NCBI GenBank assembly: GCA_905178155.1
Contig: CAJINV010000001.1
Span: 9,321,865 to 9,385,864, forward strand
Origin: Amoebophrya sp. A120
Taxonomy: Eukaryota; Protista; Dinoflagellata
Reading direction: 5' to 3'
Length of the DNA: 64,000 nt
Under the pieces are notes generated by a model. That model saw only the letters and a list, made by a program, of their open reading frames with translations. It was not told where the DNA came from and did not search any database. Shown here in pieces: positions 36,950-49,587 of the stretch. Position 1 is the stretch's first letter; every line of letters begins with the position of its first letter. Both the position numbers and the translations under genes were made by a program.

Positions 36950-38989
36950 ATGAAGAGAGAAAGATACCACTGGTGTTGCTTGGATATAAAGGGAGACGCA
37001 GGAGCGCGCACGACAACTGAAGGTTTGATGCAGCTCGGTATTTTGTTATCTTGCACTCTGTCTCATGGAAACGCCCTCTACGCGCTGTCTGGCATGCAAT
37101 TTCCTGTGGAAGCGAGTGACAGTCAGGAGTGAACGTACCACTTATTAGATCTGTCTAGATAGAAATGTTCGAAGAGAAATTAAAGCAGGCCATTACATAT
37201 AAAGTTAAAGTATTGGAATGAGTTCGATAAGAGGAAGGATGCAGTCGCTGATTCGACGCACGGCGCAAATTGCGGATTTGGGTACTCTCTCATTCGTGTG
37301 TTCGACCTCAACAACTTTCTCCGCACCTCCACACATGTCCTACAGCTCTAGACGCTCGGCCGCATAATCTTGTTTCCCGTAACAACAGAGAAAGATCGAT
37401 GAAGTGCAGCTGGCCGCTTCTAGCAATAAAGAAAAAGCTAAAGAGCAGACGTTTAAACGTTAACCTGACGCGACATAATTACTCGTTTGTCCATTACATT
37501 CTTGCTTGTGAGTTTTTTTTTTTCAGATAGTGCGAGCAGACAACTAAATGAAAAGGAGGGATGAGCTTCTGGGGTTTTTACCGGGCTGGGGTTGTACTAG
37601 TGACGAATCTGTAGTTGTCCTTCTTGTCGATTTATACTTCAACGACAGGGATAATAGTTACCCTACAATTACTCACTGTCGCCTTTGGTTTTGGCTTTCG
37701 CTGTGCTAGAGTTTCGGTGTCATGTCCCTGCTCTTTAGGCGTGGGTCGAATGTTGTCCAAGAACTCCAACTTGTGATATTATTAGACCATTCTTGTGGTG
37801 CTTTTACTCAGCCTCAGTTTATAGGTGGTCCGTATTCAATATTTGAAAGATGTGTTTGTATAATATAGAACTCTGGAAGGAGCGAATGGCAATCCTATTG
37901 TTGCTCTGGTCCTGGTGCTTATTTGTGCGATGAATTGTTGTACTCATGTGTAGTATCTATGGAAGTTGATTAGTCTGGAAATTGGCACATGCATTCAAAC
38001 GTGAAACGCGAAAAAGCAGTAGTGAAGGATTTTTTTTTCTGACCTCGGCATCAGGTCGGTATCTGCTCTGATGCAACAAATCACTGCATTACCTAAATAA
38101 AACTCCAATGCGTTTTTCAACAAAAAATAAACTTTGTCGCGTAAACCACACGTTGCTGCGATTCTAGGTAAACACTGAAGAACAATAAAAACAACTCTCT
38201 TCTATCCGTAAGTTGTAGTCATCTGTCTCCGGCGGATAAATAACTGCGTAGTTTAAGTTTGGGCATACTATTAAGACCTCGGTCCATTTTGACGCCGCTG
38301 TATCATTAGCAGCCCTCTCATCACTTCCGACTCGCATCTTGCGTTGGATCATTATTTATCTTGTCGATCTTCGAACTATGTCCCTTCAAACTGCCACTCG
38401 TAAGAGACGCACTAAAGTGGCAAGACCCAATAGTAAGCGTAAAGATCATGAATATGTACAAGATATCTGCGCGGCCCTGACGATTTCCATATCATATATA
38501 CTTTTCACCTGAATCCTCCAGGCTCGATTTCCGGTACGTAGTTGTAACAGCTAATTCAGAGTGTGAGTTCTTTGTTCATAAGGTTTGGGTTTGAGGCCTA
38601 AACCTTAACTCCGCGCCTGACTTAAGCACCACCCGCGCCCCAAAACTTAAGTTACGCTGCATTCCGAACGGACTTAAGGACTGAGCAGTACATTGCGTTG
38701 GGAGTTCATTGCAATACATTTTGGGAATTTACATTTTCCCTGCGACGCAACTACCAAGCGTATTAATTACAGCCGTCTCGCTGTTGCTCACTAGCCTTAT
38801 CCCGCTTCCCGTGTCCAGTAACCTGCAGACTTAATAGTATTCCGCTAGATGAATAGTAGCACTCAGCGTCTCCCTGTGGAGAATCGTTTTCGGCGCTCGA
38901 GCACAGGCAGGCCCATCTGCCGGCGATTTTCAAAGCGCCCGAACGGCTTTGGCACGATCCGGCGCCGGCCGGCGCGGCGGGGAGGTAGG

Positions 38990-40412
38990 CCGTTGCCGTC
39001 ATCTTGCATGCTGGCGCCGGCGGGGCCACGATCTGGCGGCGGGGGGCGGGCATGGTCGGGCACCCGACACCGGCGTGGCCAGGGTCCGGCACCGGCTTGG
39101 GCATGATCGGGCACCGGCACGGCCATGACCTGGCACCGGCGTGGCTACGACCTGGCACCGCCTTGGCCATGATCCCTCACCGGTTTGGCTATGCTCTGGC
39201 ACAGGCAGGCAGCCAGGCAGGCAGGCTTGGCCATGATTCATCTGGCACCGGCTCGGCCACGACCTGGCGCCGGCGGGCGCGGCTTGGCAGGCCATAATCC
39301 GGCACCGGCTTGGCTTTGTCATGAGATGATCTGGCCCCGGCTTGGCCATGATTTGGCGCCGGCTTCGGCTTGGCCACGACCCGGAGCCGGCTCGGCTTTG
39401 CCACCCATGACCTGGAACCGGCTTGGCCATGGCCTGAGGAAGCGCCGGCCTTGCCGTGACCTGGCACCGACCGGCCTGGCCACGACCTGGCACCGGCAGG
39501 CTTGGCCATGGTGTGGCACCGGCCGGGCCATGACCTGGCACGGGCCTGGCCATGATCTGGCACCGGCTTGGCCATGACCTGCCAGGCACCGGCCTGGCCA
39601 TGATCTGGCACCGGCTTGGCCATGGTCTGGCGTCGGCCTTGCCGCGGCCTGGCACCGTGCGGCTTGGCCATGATCTGGCACCGGCCTGGCAGGCTTTGGC
39701 CATGATGTGGCGCCGGGCGGCTTGGCCACGACCTGGAACCGGCTTGGCCATGATCTGGCGCCGGCTTGGCTCTGATCTCATCAGGCGCCGGCCTGGCCAT
39801 GATCTCTCTGGCGCCGGCTTGGCCACGACCTGGCACCGGCTTGGCCGCGATCTGGCACCGGCTTGGTCATGATCTGGCACCGGCTCGGCCACGACCTGGC
39901 ACCGGCTGGCTGGCAGGCTTGGCCATGATTTGGCAGGCTTGGCCATGACCCGGCACCGGCCGGCGCGACAGTTTTCGTTTTGGCCATGATCTGGCACCGG
40001 CTTGGCCACGACCTGGCGCCGGCACGGCCATGATCTGGCACCGGGTTGGCTATGATCTGGCACCGGGTTGGCTATGATCCATCTGGCACCGGCTTGGCAG
40101 GTTTTGGCCATGACCTGGCACCGGCTTGGCCATGATCTGGCACCGGCTTGGCCATGCTCTGGCACCGGCTTGGCCACGACCTGGCACCGGCTTGGGCATG
40201 ATCTGGCACCGGCTTGGCCATGATGTGGCACCGGCTGGCAGGCTTGGCCATTATCTGGCACCGGCGGGCTTGGCGGGCTTTGTTTGGCCATGATCTGGCA
40301 CCGGCCGGGCCGCGACCTGGCAGGCGCCGGCTTGGCCCTGATGTGGCACCGGGTTGGCCATGATCTGGCACCGGCCTGGCTTGCTTCCTCTGGCCACGAC
40401 CTGGCGCCGGCT
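38990..40412. repeat. Degenerate GC-rich minisatellite, ~22-bp unit GGCACCGGCTTGGCCATGATCT
   Basis: Dozens of variant tandem copies. It generates spurious repetitive ORFs in all frames. Confidence 0.95.
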
Positions 40413-40452
40413 CGTGCTTCGCGGTTTCGTTTCGCACGTTGCTGCCCCGCCT

Positions 40453-41356
40453 CGAGGCTTCGCTGCTTCCTTCGGGTCTTCGCTGCTTCGGGGCTTCGCT
40501 GCTTCGGGGCTCCGAGGCTTCGCTGCTTCGAGGCTTCGCTGCTTCGAGGCTTCGCCGCTTCGAGGCTTCGCTGCTTCGAGGCTTCGCTGCTTCGAGGCTT
40601 CGCTGCTTCNNNNNNNNNNNNNNNNNNNNNNNNNNNNNNNNNNNNNNNNNNNNNNNNNNNNNNNNNNNNNNNNNNNNNNNNNNNNNNNNNNNNNNNNNNN
40701 NNNNNNNNNNNNNNNNNNNNNNNNNNNNNNNNNNNNNNNNNNNNNNNNNNNNNNNNNNNNNNNNNNNNNNNNNNNNNNNNNNNNNNNNNNNNNNNNNNNN
40801 NNNNNNNNNNNNNNNNNNNNNNNNNNNNNNNNNNNNNNNNNNNNNNNNNNNNNNNNNNNNNNNNNNNNNNNNNNNNNNNNNNNNNNNNNNNNNNNNNNNN
40901 NNNNNNNNNNNNNNNNNNNNNNNNNNNNNNNNNNNNNNNNNNNNNNNNNNNNNNNNNNNNNNNNNNNNNNNNNNNNNNNNNNNNNNNNNNNNNNNNNNNN
41001 NNNNNNNNNNNNNNNNNNNNNNNNNNNNNNNNNNNNNNNNNNNNNNNNNNNNNNNNNNNNNNNNNNNNNNNNNNNNNNNNNNNNNNNNNNNNNNNNNNNN
41101 NNNNNNNNNNNNNNNNNNNNNNNNNNNNNNNNNNNNNNNNNNNNNNNNNNNNNNNNNNNNNNNNNNNNNNNNNNNNNNNNNNNNNNNNNNNNNNNNNNNN
41201 NNNNNNNNNNNNNNNNNNNNNNNNNNNNNNNNNNNNNNNNNNNNNNNGCTTCGAGGCTCCGCTGCTTCGAGGCTCCGCTGCTTCGAGGCTCCGCTGCTTC
41301 GAGGCTCCGCTGCTTCGAGGCTCCGCTGCTTCGAGGCTCCGCTGCTTCGAGGCTTC
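40453..41356. repeat. 16-bp tandem repeat GAGGCT(T/C)CGCTGCTTC spanning an assembly gap
   Basis: T variant mainly left of the gap and C variant right of it. Built from two related 8-mers. Confidence 0.95.
40610..41247. other. Assembly gap (638 N)
   Basis: Run of N. Confidence 1.
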
Positions 41357-41424
41357 CTTCGGCGTTTCGAGGCCTCATCGTTTCGAGGCTTCGCCGCTTA
41401 GAAGCTTGGGCACTTTGTCTGCAT

Positions 41425-41665
41425 TTCGTTGTTGTTGTTTTTCGTTTTTATTCTTTGTTTCCGTTTTTTGTTTTCATTCTTTGTTTTCATTCTTTGTTTT
41501 CATTCTTTGTTTTCGTTTTTCGTTTCTATTCTTTGTTTTCGTTTTTCGTTTCCATTCTTTGTTTTCTTTTTTCGTTTCCATTCTTTGTTTTCGTTTTTCG
41601 TTTCCATTCTTTGTTTTCGTTTTTCGTTTCCATTCTTTGTTTCCGTTTTTCGTTTCTATTGTTTA
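41425..41665. repeat. T-rich tandem repeat, ~26-bp unit CATTCTTTGTTTTCGTTTTTCGTTTC
   Basis: About 8-9 imperfect copies. Confidence 0.9.
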
Positions 41666-41773
41666 TTTTTATTGCGGGATACTATTAAATAATGGGTTTT
41701 CTGACTTATAACTAGTCATGGTAGAGATTTGTTTGCAAAGCAACTGCAGAAATAGAAGATAGTTACGGCCGAG

Positions 41774-44700
41774 ATGGACGCAACGTCGCGGGACGGTATG
41801 CTTCGACCGCGCGGCGAAGGACTCGAGAATGAAGTGCTGCCCCTGGTGGAGGCTCTCGACGTGGTCGTTCCCGCTGGAGCAGCGCAGCTGCAGCTGGACG
41901 ACACTGAACTTGAGGAAGGTGCTAAGGCAGTTGCAGAGAAGAAGGAAATGAACTTAGTGCCGGCCGCCGCGGAACCCGCAGCACTGTTTGAACGAGATGA
42001 GAGGCTCGCGTCTACCGCTCCGGGTTCGGCTCCGAGCACGATTTTGACGCAGCCTGTGGCCGTGGGGGATGAAGAGGAGGATTTTACCTGCGTCGAGGCC
42101 TTCGACCTCGAAGAAAGGGACGAGATGCCGGTCGTGAAAGGAGGTCACCTGGCTAGCGCAAGGTCCGGCTCAGTTCAAGAAGTAGTACCTCCGGAAGTCG
42201 AGAACGGGGAACAAACCCTCGAAGATTTTTCCTTGGACGACGACCAAAGTGCTAGTCGGAGTAGAAAAAACGAGCAGGGCGGCGGCGACAAGAACCAAGA
42301 GCAGCCCAGCCCCACGGAAACGAGCGGCGGCAGTGATCCTCTGCTGACGGAAAGTAAAAAAACGAGTCCCGCGATGCAGCCGGAGGTGATGAAGCACGAG
42401 GTGAACTTGACTCGGGGCACTCTGCTGCGAAAGCTACGGCAGCTAAATCTTGAATGAGGCAGGAGTCACGCACAGTGAAGAGGAAAATATAGGCAGAAAT
42501 AAATAGAGGCAGACTCACATACTATCTTTGCCGTAGTGCGCGTTTGCTTGATTTGAATAAAAAACAGCTATTTCTACTGCATGAAGCCGGCTATTTCTTT
42601 TTGTTTAACAACCAGCTGCCAGCAGGATCGATCCTGGTCCTAGTACTATACCATAAACCTGTGGTTTTAATAGTTTTCGGGTACTTTAGAGTCGGTTCAA
42701 GATTTTTGCATGCATAGGAGGAGTATCAAATGCAAAAATGTCTGGGTCTGGAAGAATGCAAGTTTGTCATGCTTCTCTGGCATGACTCGAGAATCTGTGT
42801 TGCATAGCCGCGAAATTGCCCGTTTACCTGTCATGCAAAAACGCTGTTCGTCATGCGGAATACGAAAGACATGGCAGCCAAAAAATTTGTCATGCGTAGC
42901 TGCGTATTGCAGTACGTTTATCATTCACTCTTAGCATAACAAGTTTCCAGACCCAGACATATTTGCAATCCATAAGGAGCGCAAGGCGCTGGTCCGGAAA
43001 ACGATCTGTCGGCACTACCTGGTGGGGAAGTGTAGCAAGGGCGAGTGGTGTCGGTTTCGTCACCCGATTGATCCGAAGGACGAGAAGTCCGCCAGCATCA
43101 GCCAGCGGCAATTTCAGTCGTTCTTGCCCACGAAAAGAAACGCAAACCCCCGCACGGCCGGCTTTGCGGCGAAGTCAGCATTTGCCGGTACTTCCGCCAA
43201 CGCGGCTGGGGCCACGTATGATCGCAAGGAGCAATCGGGCGATCTCTCCACGTCCTCGACCAAACCGCAACCGGCCCTGAACAAGCCAAATGACCGCGAC
43301 GCACGCGGTTACCGGAGTGCAGGCCCTGGGAGAAACTACAATCAAAATTTGCTCCACCAACAGCACCCGGGCCAACGGCACCAAGACGGAACGGTTTCTT
43401 CCGCCGGCGGCCGCAACTTTAGCGGCACAAGCACAACCTCGAGACTAGTCACTTCGTCGTCCGGAGCGAGTAGAGGTCCATCCGGCAATTGTATCCTGTG
43501 CGAAAAAATCGTCTCTTTCGTTGCCAGCATTTTTGTGCCGCGTTTAAGTATTTTTGCCATGGAATCAACTGTTCTTCAAATATTTTTAAGTCGGTACTTA
43601 TTCATTGTGCTCAAAAGATATGCACTTGTTCTTGCACTTGGTCGTATATATAGTTCAAGAACTGCCGGGCAGTTATTGAATGGCAACTCTGATTTTTGTA
43701 CATGGATAGGCAACCCAGTCGCGCGAATCCCGACGCAACACTCTGATTTTTGTACATGGATTTGGACCTTCGCCACCAGCGTTCCACGAGCCGACTAGTG
43801 CTGGACGAGTACCGACGCGCGGATTTCGACGCACGGCAGGGTCGGTATAAGGTGAATCCGCAAGAAGTGGAGGATGTTGACAACTTTTCCTCGTCTCTTG
43901 GTGGTGGACCGCAGCAGCGCAGTGGGAAAGGCGGATCGCTCTCGCATGAGGGCAAAGGGAGGTCGGACATTTATTACAACATGCACAAGGACATCAATCC
44001 CTCGACGAGCAAAGGAGAAAACAAGAAGTACCACAACTACGGAGGTACTAGTTCCGGAGTGGAGCTGGGCCAGTTTCACGACCGCTCGAACGAACGATTG
44101 GCGCGGCAACCTGGGTATCCGGATTCCTTTCCCGAGCACCAGCAGAGCACCTCCCGCGGGCCGCACTACCTGAGGAGCGAAGAGCAAGACGGCACGCTTC
44201 GCGAACGCGGGGACCGCTTGATGTACCACGACCGGGAGGTGGTGCCGGGACGAGGCGCAGCACGAGTAGATGGCTACTACAGCGGGTCCGCTGCTCCGTC
44301 GAAGGGCTCGGCTACTAGTACTGCTGCTGCAGTTCCATACACGGAACAACGTTCTTACCGCCCGGGCCCGTCTCCGCCCCGCGGCTCTCCGCATGCAGAC
44401 GCTGGTCGCGAAAATGCTGCGGGTTCTCGCGTTCTTCTTCCATCGCGGGCGGGAGTCTCCTCCCTGGGAGCCGCGTCGTACGAGCCGCACAGGGACGACC
44501 ACCTGGCGTACCCGCCGTACACAACCGCCCCGGGCGGCAGTGCGCAGCCGTGGGAGCACCAGCGAAGCATCAGCAATCGCAGCCACAACGTCAACCCGCA
44601 GGAGCGCGCGCACGAAAATTTCGTTGTCCCCCCGCGCTTCTTGACACCGCAGGGGGAGAAGGCGGACCGCGGGCGCCGTCGGGTGGCGTGCAGTACGGCT

Positions 44701-47134
44701 ACCTGCCACCTTCGCGTCCTTTCGGTGCAGGAGCTCCGCACGCTGCAGAGGGGGATCCTACCGAGGAGAAAAACCGGCTGTATAGTTATCAGTACAATCT
44801 CCCAGCAGGGCGGGACCAAGGCCAACACCAACAACAAGTAGTCTACCGGGGAGACTTGGTGGCGTCATCTTCGCGCGACGACCGTGCCGGCCCTGACACA
44901 TTACCCACACGTACGGGAGGACGAGGTGATTTTGCAGCTCCATTTCGCCGCGACGAGGGCGATACTAGTGCTGGAAACAACTCGTACATGGTACCGGAGG
45001 CCTTCCGCAGTCGCCACGCATTGGAACAGGAGCTCATGCAGCTCCGACAGCAACTGGATCTACAAGCTGCCAGTGCAATATGCAAAGACAAACTCCACCA
45101 CCTGGTACTTCACTGGAACTCCAAACTTTTGTGAGCTGTTCGTGCATGAAGAGTGAGAGGCTGGTGAACATCGCGCACTTTTTTCAGAAGCCTTTTGATG
45201 CGAGATGAGGTGGTATGTTATGGTCTGATGCTTTTGTTTTCGACAATATAAACACGTTTTTTCGCAATTTCGCGTCTCTGGCGGAAGATGTCTGCACACG
45301 ACCCACGTGCAGACACTCTCTACGTGTAGGCCGTGTGCAGAAACCTTCTTCATCAGAAGCTCATAGTGAGGACAGGGCCTGAGAAGTAGTTTTTCCTTTG
45401 GATATTAAAGCAGGAATGTCAACACCGGTATGACCCGCTCCAGCAGCAGATCTGAAGGAACAGAGGGTTATAATCCGGGGGCGGTGTCGCTCATGCAGCC
45501 CCGTGACTTGCTGGGTCCGGTCTCCTCGCAGGCAGCCCCGGGACAGTTTCTGGAGAACCGAAACGAAATGGCGCTGCTCCTCGCGCAGGAAATCCTGCAG
45601 CGCTACTACCCGCAACACCGGCAAGAAGCAGCCGCCGGCACAGCGGCAGGCGGCCGTGACGGATCCGGGGGACACATGGGCGGCACAGGAGCTCCTTCGC
45701 AGTTACTGGGAGACGTCGTATATGCTTTGCAATTGCATGAGTTCAGTATACTTGTTCGCGTGCCATGATCATGCAAACCCGAGCAAGAGCAGGCACTGAG
45801 ATTTCGGTGATGCCCTCAAACCATTTATTTACGACACGACATCGACATCGACGGCTGTGTGCAGGAGCGACTAACTTCAATACATTCATAGGAAGATACT
45901 GGTCTAATGATCTAAACGCCGACATAATTCCGACTCTGCCGCAAGTTCATTTCGCAACGTTAGTGCGACACGACAAAAAAGTTGACTAGAAGGCGGGCAG
46001 CTTCTGCTGCCATAAGCATAGAAGTGTTTCCTAGTGTCTGCTTCTGGTCATGTACTGAAATTATCTGTGTACGATTGAAAATAGTAGGTGAAGCAGTGAC
46101 CGAAGTTTCACAACGCACTTGAAAAACAGAGCCTAGCAATTTTGCTTTCTTCTTGTTCGCGCTTGAAAAATAGAGTTGTGAGAAAAATTACGCAAAACTG
46201 AGAGAAAACGAACTCAGATCCATGTATCTGTGTGCGTGAATAGAGGTCTACTGATGAACTATTGCAATGGATAATTTTGCCGGAGTGGTGGACGAGGATT
46301 CGATATTGAGAGGAAAAATCCCCCCTCCCCATATCGAAAAGGTATGTTTCCGAAAATTTGTCTTGCTGATTTGAGACCACAAATCACGTCTGTCTTGCAA
46401 GAAGACAATTCCACAGGCCCTGCCGCATTATGCAGGCGGTTTGTGATGCTGTTGGGCGTACATCGTAGACGTTTCTCATGCTAAGCGCCTAGGCCAAAAC
46501 TTCTCTACTCAGGCTTGGCAGGAGCCTGCAGTCCTCTACTGCAAGACAAAGAACGTGACTTGCATACGCAAATCCACCAACAGAAGCTTCCGTTTGATAT
46601 GGGGAGGGAGGATTTTTCCTTGTGATATTCGACGCGCAGCAGTATCAACACGACGTCGGTGCGACCGTTCGAGTTCTACGGGTCGGGTACATCTTCGGAC
46701 GCACCACCTGCTGCTCCGGGGGGTCGTGCAGCTGCTGTGACCCAGATGGTGTTTCACGGTCCTCGCGCAGCACCTCACGCGGGACTGGAACCCTTTCCCG
46801 TCTTGCCCCACCAGGATATCACCCTCTTGCTGGACTTCATTCGAGGCTCACTGGGAGGTAACGGAGTGGAACAAAGCCAAGTTTTGCCGCCGAGAGGTCA
46901 GCACTATCCTCGATGCAAAAGTGACGTCTACGCTGTCGGTTCTGTAGTGTTCTTGACGTCACGCCAGGACAATCGAAAATTTGCAAAAAACTTGTAGAGC
47001 GTGTTTCTGCTACTTGTGCTTCCCTACCTAGTTCTTTTTGCATCGTGTAGTACTCGGTACGTTCTTGCACAGGAGATGATACTTTTGCGATGCATACCCA
47101 TACCTACCACCCGCCACCGGAGCCTCGGTCATAG
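41774..47134 (+). CDS. CCCH zinc-finger, low-complexity putative RNA-binding protein, multi-exon
   Basis: TICRHYLVGKCSKGEWCRFRHP (C-x7-C-x5-C-x3-H) at about 43000-43066. ORFs 41774, 43022, 43750, 44550, 45430 and 46659 are linked by elements E9-E14. Frame problems at about 43745 and 44650 are unresolved, and the 3' end is tentative. Confidence 0.65.
42724..42974. mobile_element. TIR introner-like element E9 (family A)
   Basis: TATCAAATGCAAAAATGTCTGGGTCTGGAA / TTCCAGACCCAGACATATTTGCAATCCATA. TSD AGGAG (42719-42723, 42975-42979). Confidence 0.92.
43489..43708. mobile_element. TIR introner-like element E10
   Basis: TATCCTGTGCGAAAAAATC / GATTTTTGTACATGGATA. TSD GGCAA (43484-43488, 43709-43713). 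GC-AG register 43485-43709. Confidence 0.75.
45079..45404. mobile_element. Decayed TIR introner-like element E11
   Basis: AATATGCAAAGACAAACT / AGTTTTTCCTTTGGATATT. In-frame removal via direct repeat CAG (45071/45411) or via element+5. Confidence 0.6.
45721..46273. mobile_element. Decayed TIR introner-like element E12
   Basis: TATGCTTTGCAATTG…TCAGTATAC / GTCTACTGA…CTATTGCAATGGATA. TSD not recognisable, but element+5 = 558 nt keeps the frame. Confidence 0.55.
46304..46627. mobile_element. TIR introner-like element E13
   Basis: TATTGAGAGGAAAAATCCCCCCTCCCCATATCGAAA / TTTGATATGGGGAGGGAGGATTTTTCCTTGTGATA. TSD TTCGA (46299-46303, 46628-46632). Spliced product reads VVDEDSTRSSIN. Confidence 0.92.
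46905..47048. mobile_element. Possible short decayed element E14
   Basis: TATCCTCGATGCAAAA / TTTTGCATCGTGT. Flanks AGCAC/AGTAC. Confidence 0.45.
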
Positions 47135-49587
47135 CCCGGACTGCATTTTGCCGACGAAAAAAAGTAGAAATGAATGTGAAGTAATAACAGGGCGCTGGTC
47201 TTGTACCAAATCTAAATTGAAATTCGTATATTAAAAAACATCGGTTCTGGAATATCAATATTGTAGATTGATAGTACACTGATATGATTTTGCAACTGTA
47301 TCGGTATCGGTAACGGTTGCTCCTTTCGGAATTGCTCCTTTTTCGAATTTGTATTTGTGTTGTAGTTACTTACTGAACGGAACCTTCGCAGAAAGTGGAG
47401 GTAGAGAGAAGCAGATCATGTGGTTGTGTCGGTTTCGTCGCGAGAATGACAGCGCGACTCGTCCCACGCCACGACTGCAATACTCTCCAACTCCCATTTG
47501 CGTTGCAGATTTCGCAAACCCAATTTTTTTTTTCGTAGTGGTAGTTTCTTTCTACGTCAACAATGCCGGGTCCTCAAAGTCAACACGACGAGACGTGCTG
47601 ACGTTGTGCCCGATCCCCCGCGAGGGGAGACCATCAAGAAACTTGTCCGTCGTAAGTATAATGCCGCATTTTCAGACTCGTTTTGTTTTCTATGTTTTCT
47701 AATATCCGTGTCGAAGTCACTTGACCTACTCCTCCGTCCAATAAATCCAAAATGCAGATTTTCTGGCGTCAGACTTTCAGCGCAAGCGAACGCACAAGCC
47801 TGGTGCGTTTTGCACTGCTGCTGTGGCCCGTCGCTGTAGTGCAGTGATGCGCAAAGAGGACTCATGTGCGTCGTAAATGTTGCTCGTCTTGACGCTAGAA
47901 GATGAATGCTGGTCTGTCATCTATAGTGGTTTTGCCGGGGAGTACTTCTGTTTATCCTCCAGAGGTTTTCTAGTCGTGGGTCTTTTCATCATGTTGGTAC
48001 AGACGGCCACAGCCACTTTATCTTGAGAAGAATATTGTAGCGGAGCACTAGCAGCTTCATTACGTGCATTTCTTTTTTTTGACAAACGCAACAAATACAA
48101 AAGTAGGCACAGTGTAAAAACCGGTGCTGCATGACTTTTGTTTTATTTCTTTACATTGATTTTGATCGATGATTTCATTCAGTTCGCCAAAAATTCAACA
48201 CGAAAAACACATTTTATTTTCCATAGAAGAAGTAGAAGACGTAGTACTTCTACCTCCTATGAGGATGATCTGGGCTTATAGGCTTGCGCGGCGCTTCTAT
48301 ATGTCCCCGTACACTTTTAACTTTCGCAACAGCACGCAGCTGCACATGTAGCTGGTTTTTCAGGGTTGTGCGACGTAGTACTCGAAGTCTATGATGAACT
48401 ACATAAGTGATAATTCTAAATCTTTTGATATATACACGTTTGTATGATTTACTCTTATCTCGTCTGTCTGGTCTGGACTTTTCCATTTTTTACTACACTA
48501 GTCGTCGCATGGTGCCCGATAATGTAGGTTTTTCTGGAACAGGGCGAAGCAATGAATTGTGTATAAAATACTGCACGAAAAATTTGATTCGACACAGAAA
48601 TGCCTCATTGTCCACCACGTGGCACCATGACTGTCGGTTGTAATTCATCCAAAAAATCGCCGTAGTAACGAGGATTTTTCCGGGCTGCGACCGCTACGAA
48701 CAAGCATGAAAAAAATGATTATGTTTCGCTCAAATCCGATAACCCAAAAGTATACAATGATCAAGCGAACGATACTTTTTACCCGATATAGAGTCTATTT
48801 GCTTCCGATGAAGTTGTGGTAAAGAGGGAGCGCCAACAGCATAACAATGTTTTATCGTTTTTGCATACTGTTGCCTTTCCTAAAGCGAGAGCAAAGGGGA
48901 GCACATGTTCCCACTTGTTGTAGTTAGACCCTCCTGGTTGGTAATATTTTTGCGGTGCCGAACAAGCAGCGTGGCCGATTTTTCACCTGCTGTAAATAAT
49001 CCTAATATCAGTTTACGCTTTATTCAGTCTTGTCAACAGGACGCGAGAGGCTCGTGTAAGCGTTCAAATAACTATATTACTATTAGAATCGGCTGGAGAA
49101 CAAACGGGCACGCTAGTGAAAAACGACTCCGAGGAATTAATATGCCTAAAACCAAGAGTGAGACTAATTCTGCTAGCCTCGGAACAACGGAGAAGACGGA
49201 TTCAGCTGCTGGATTAGGCTTTTTCGTCACGTGGTCAAAAACAGTAGTAGCACACAACTATGTACACTCGTGTAGTCTCCCTCGGTTGTTCTGTCGGAGG
49301 AATTTGCGAGGCATCAAAATGAACTGTATGATTGATAGCGTTGTTGAGATACTGACTTCATTATCGAACCAGTATTTTTACAGGAAAGTCAGAAAGATGG
49401 GTGATGCTAACCAAATGGGTATGTTTGCAAATTAATTGATATCGCTTCTCAGCGCGAGTTTCACGCATTGTGCCTTCATTTTTTCTGAGGAGAGGCTTTC
49501 TCAAAGGACTCCACAAGATGAGAGCATCGGACTCGTCCTCAGTTCACTTTTATAATAATCAACGTCGAACAAGCGACCCGATTTCAG

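Larger units (their letters stand above)
38831..41688. mobile_element. TTAA-flanked TIR element enclosing the satellite block
   Basis: TTAATAGTATTCCGC (38831-38845) vs GCGGGATACTATTAA (41674-41688), 14/15 match. Confidence 0.6.

Noticed and set aside
38990-40412. CRISPR-like array
   Set aside because: Repeats are adjacent and degenerate with no unique spacers; eukaryotic context and no cas genes.
38999-41711. Long ORFs (430, 475, 444, 375 aa, etc.)
   Set aside because: Translations of tandem repeats and an N gap; open in multiple frames on both strands.
47418-48351. Possible small multi-exon gene (MWLCRFRR…GETIKKLVR, donor GTAAGT at about 47652)
   Set aside because: I could not assemble the downstream exons convincingly.
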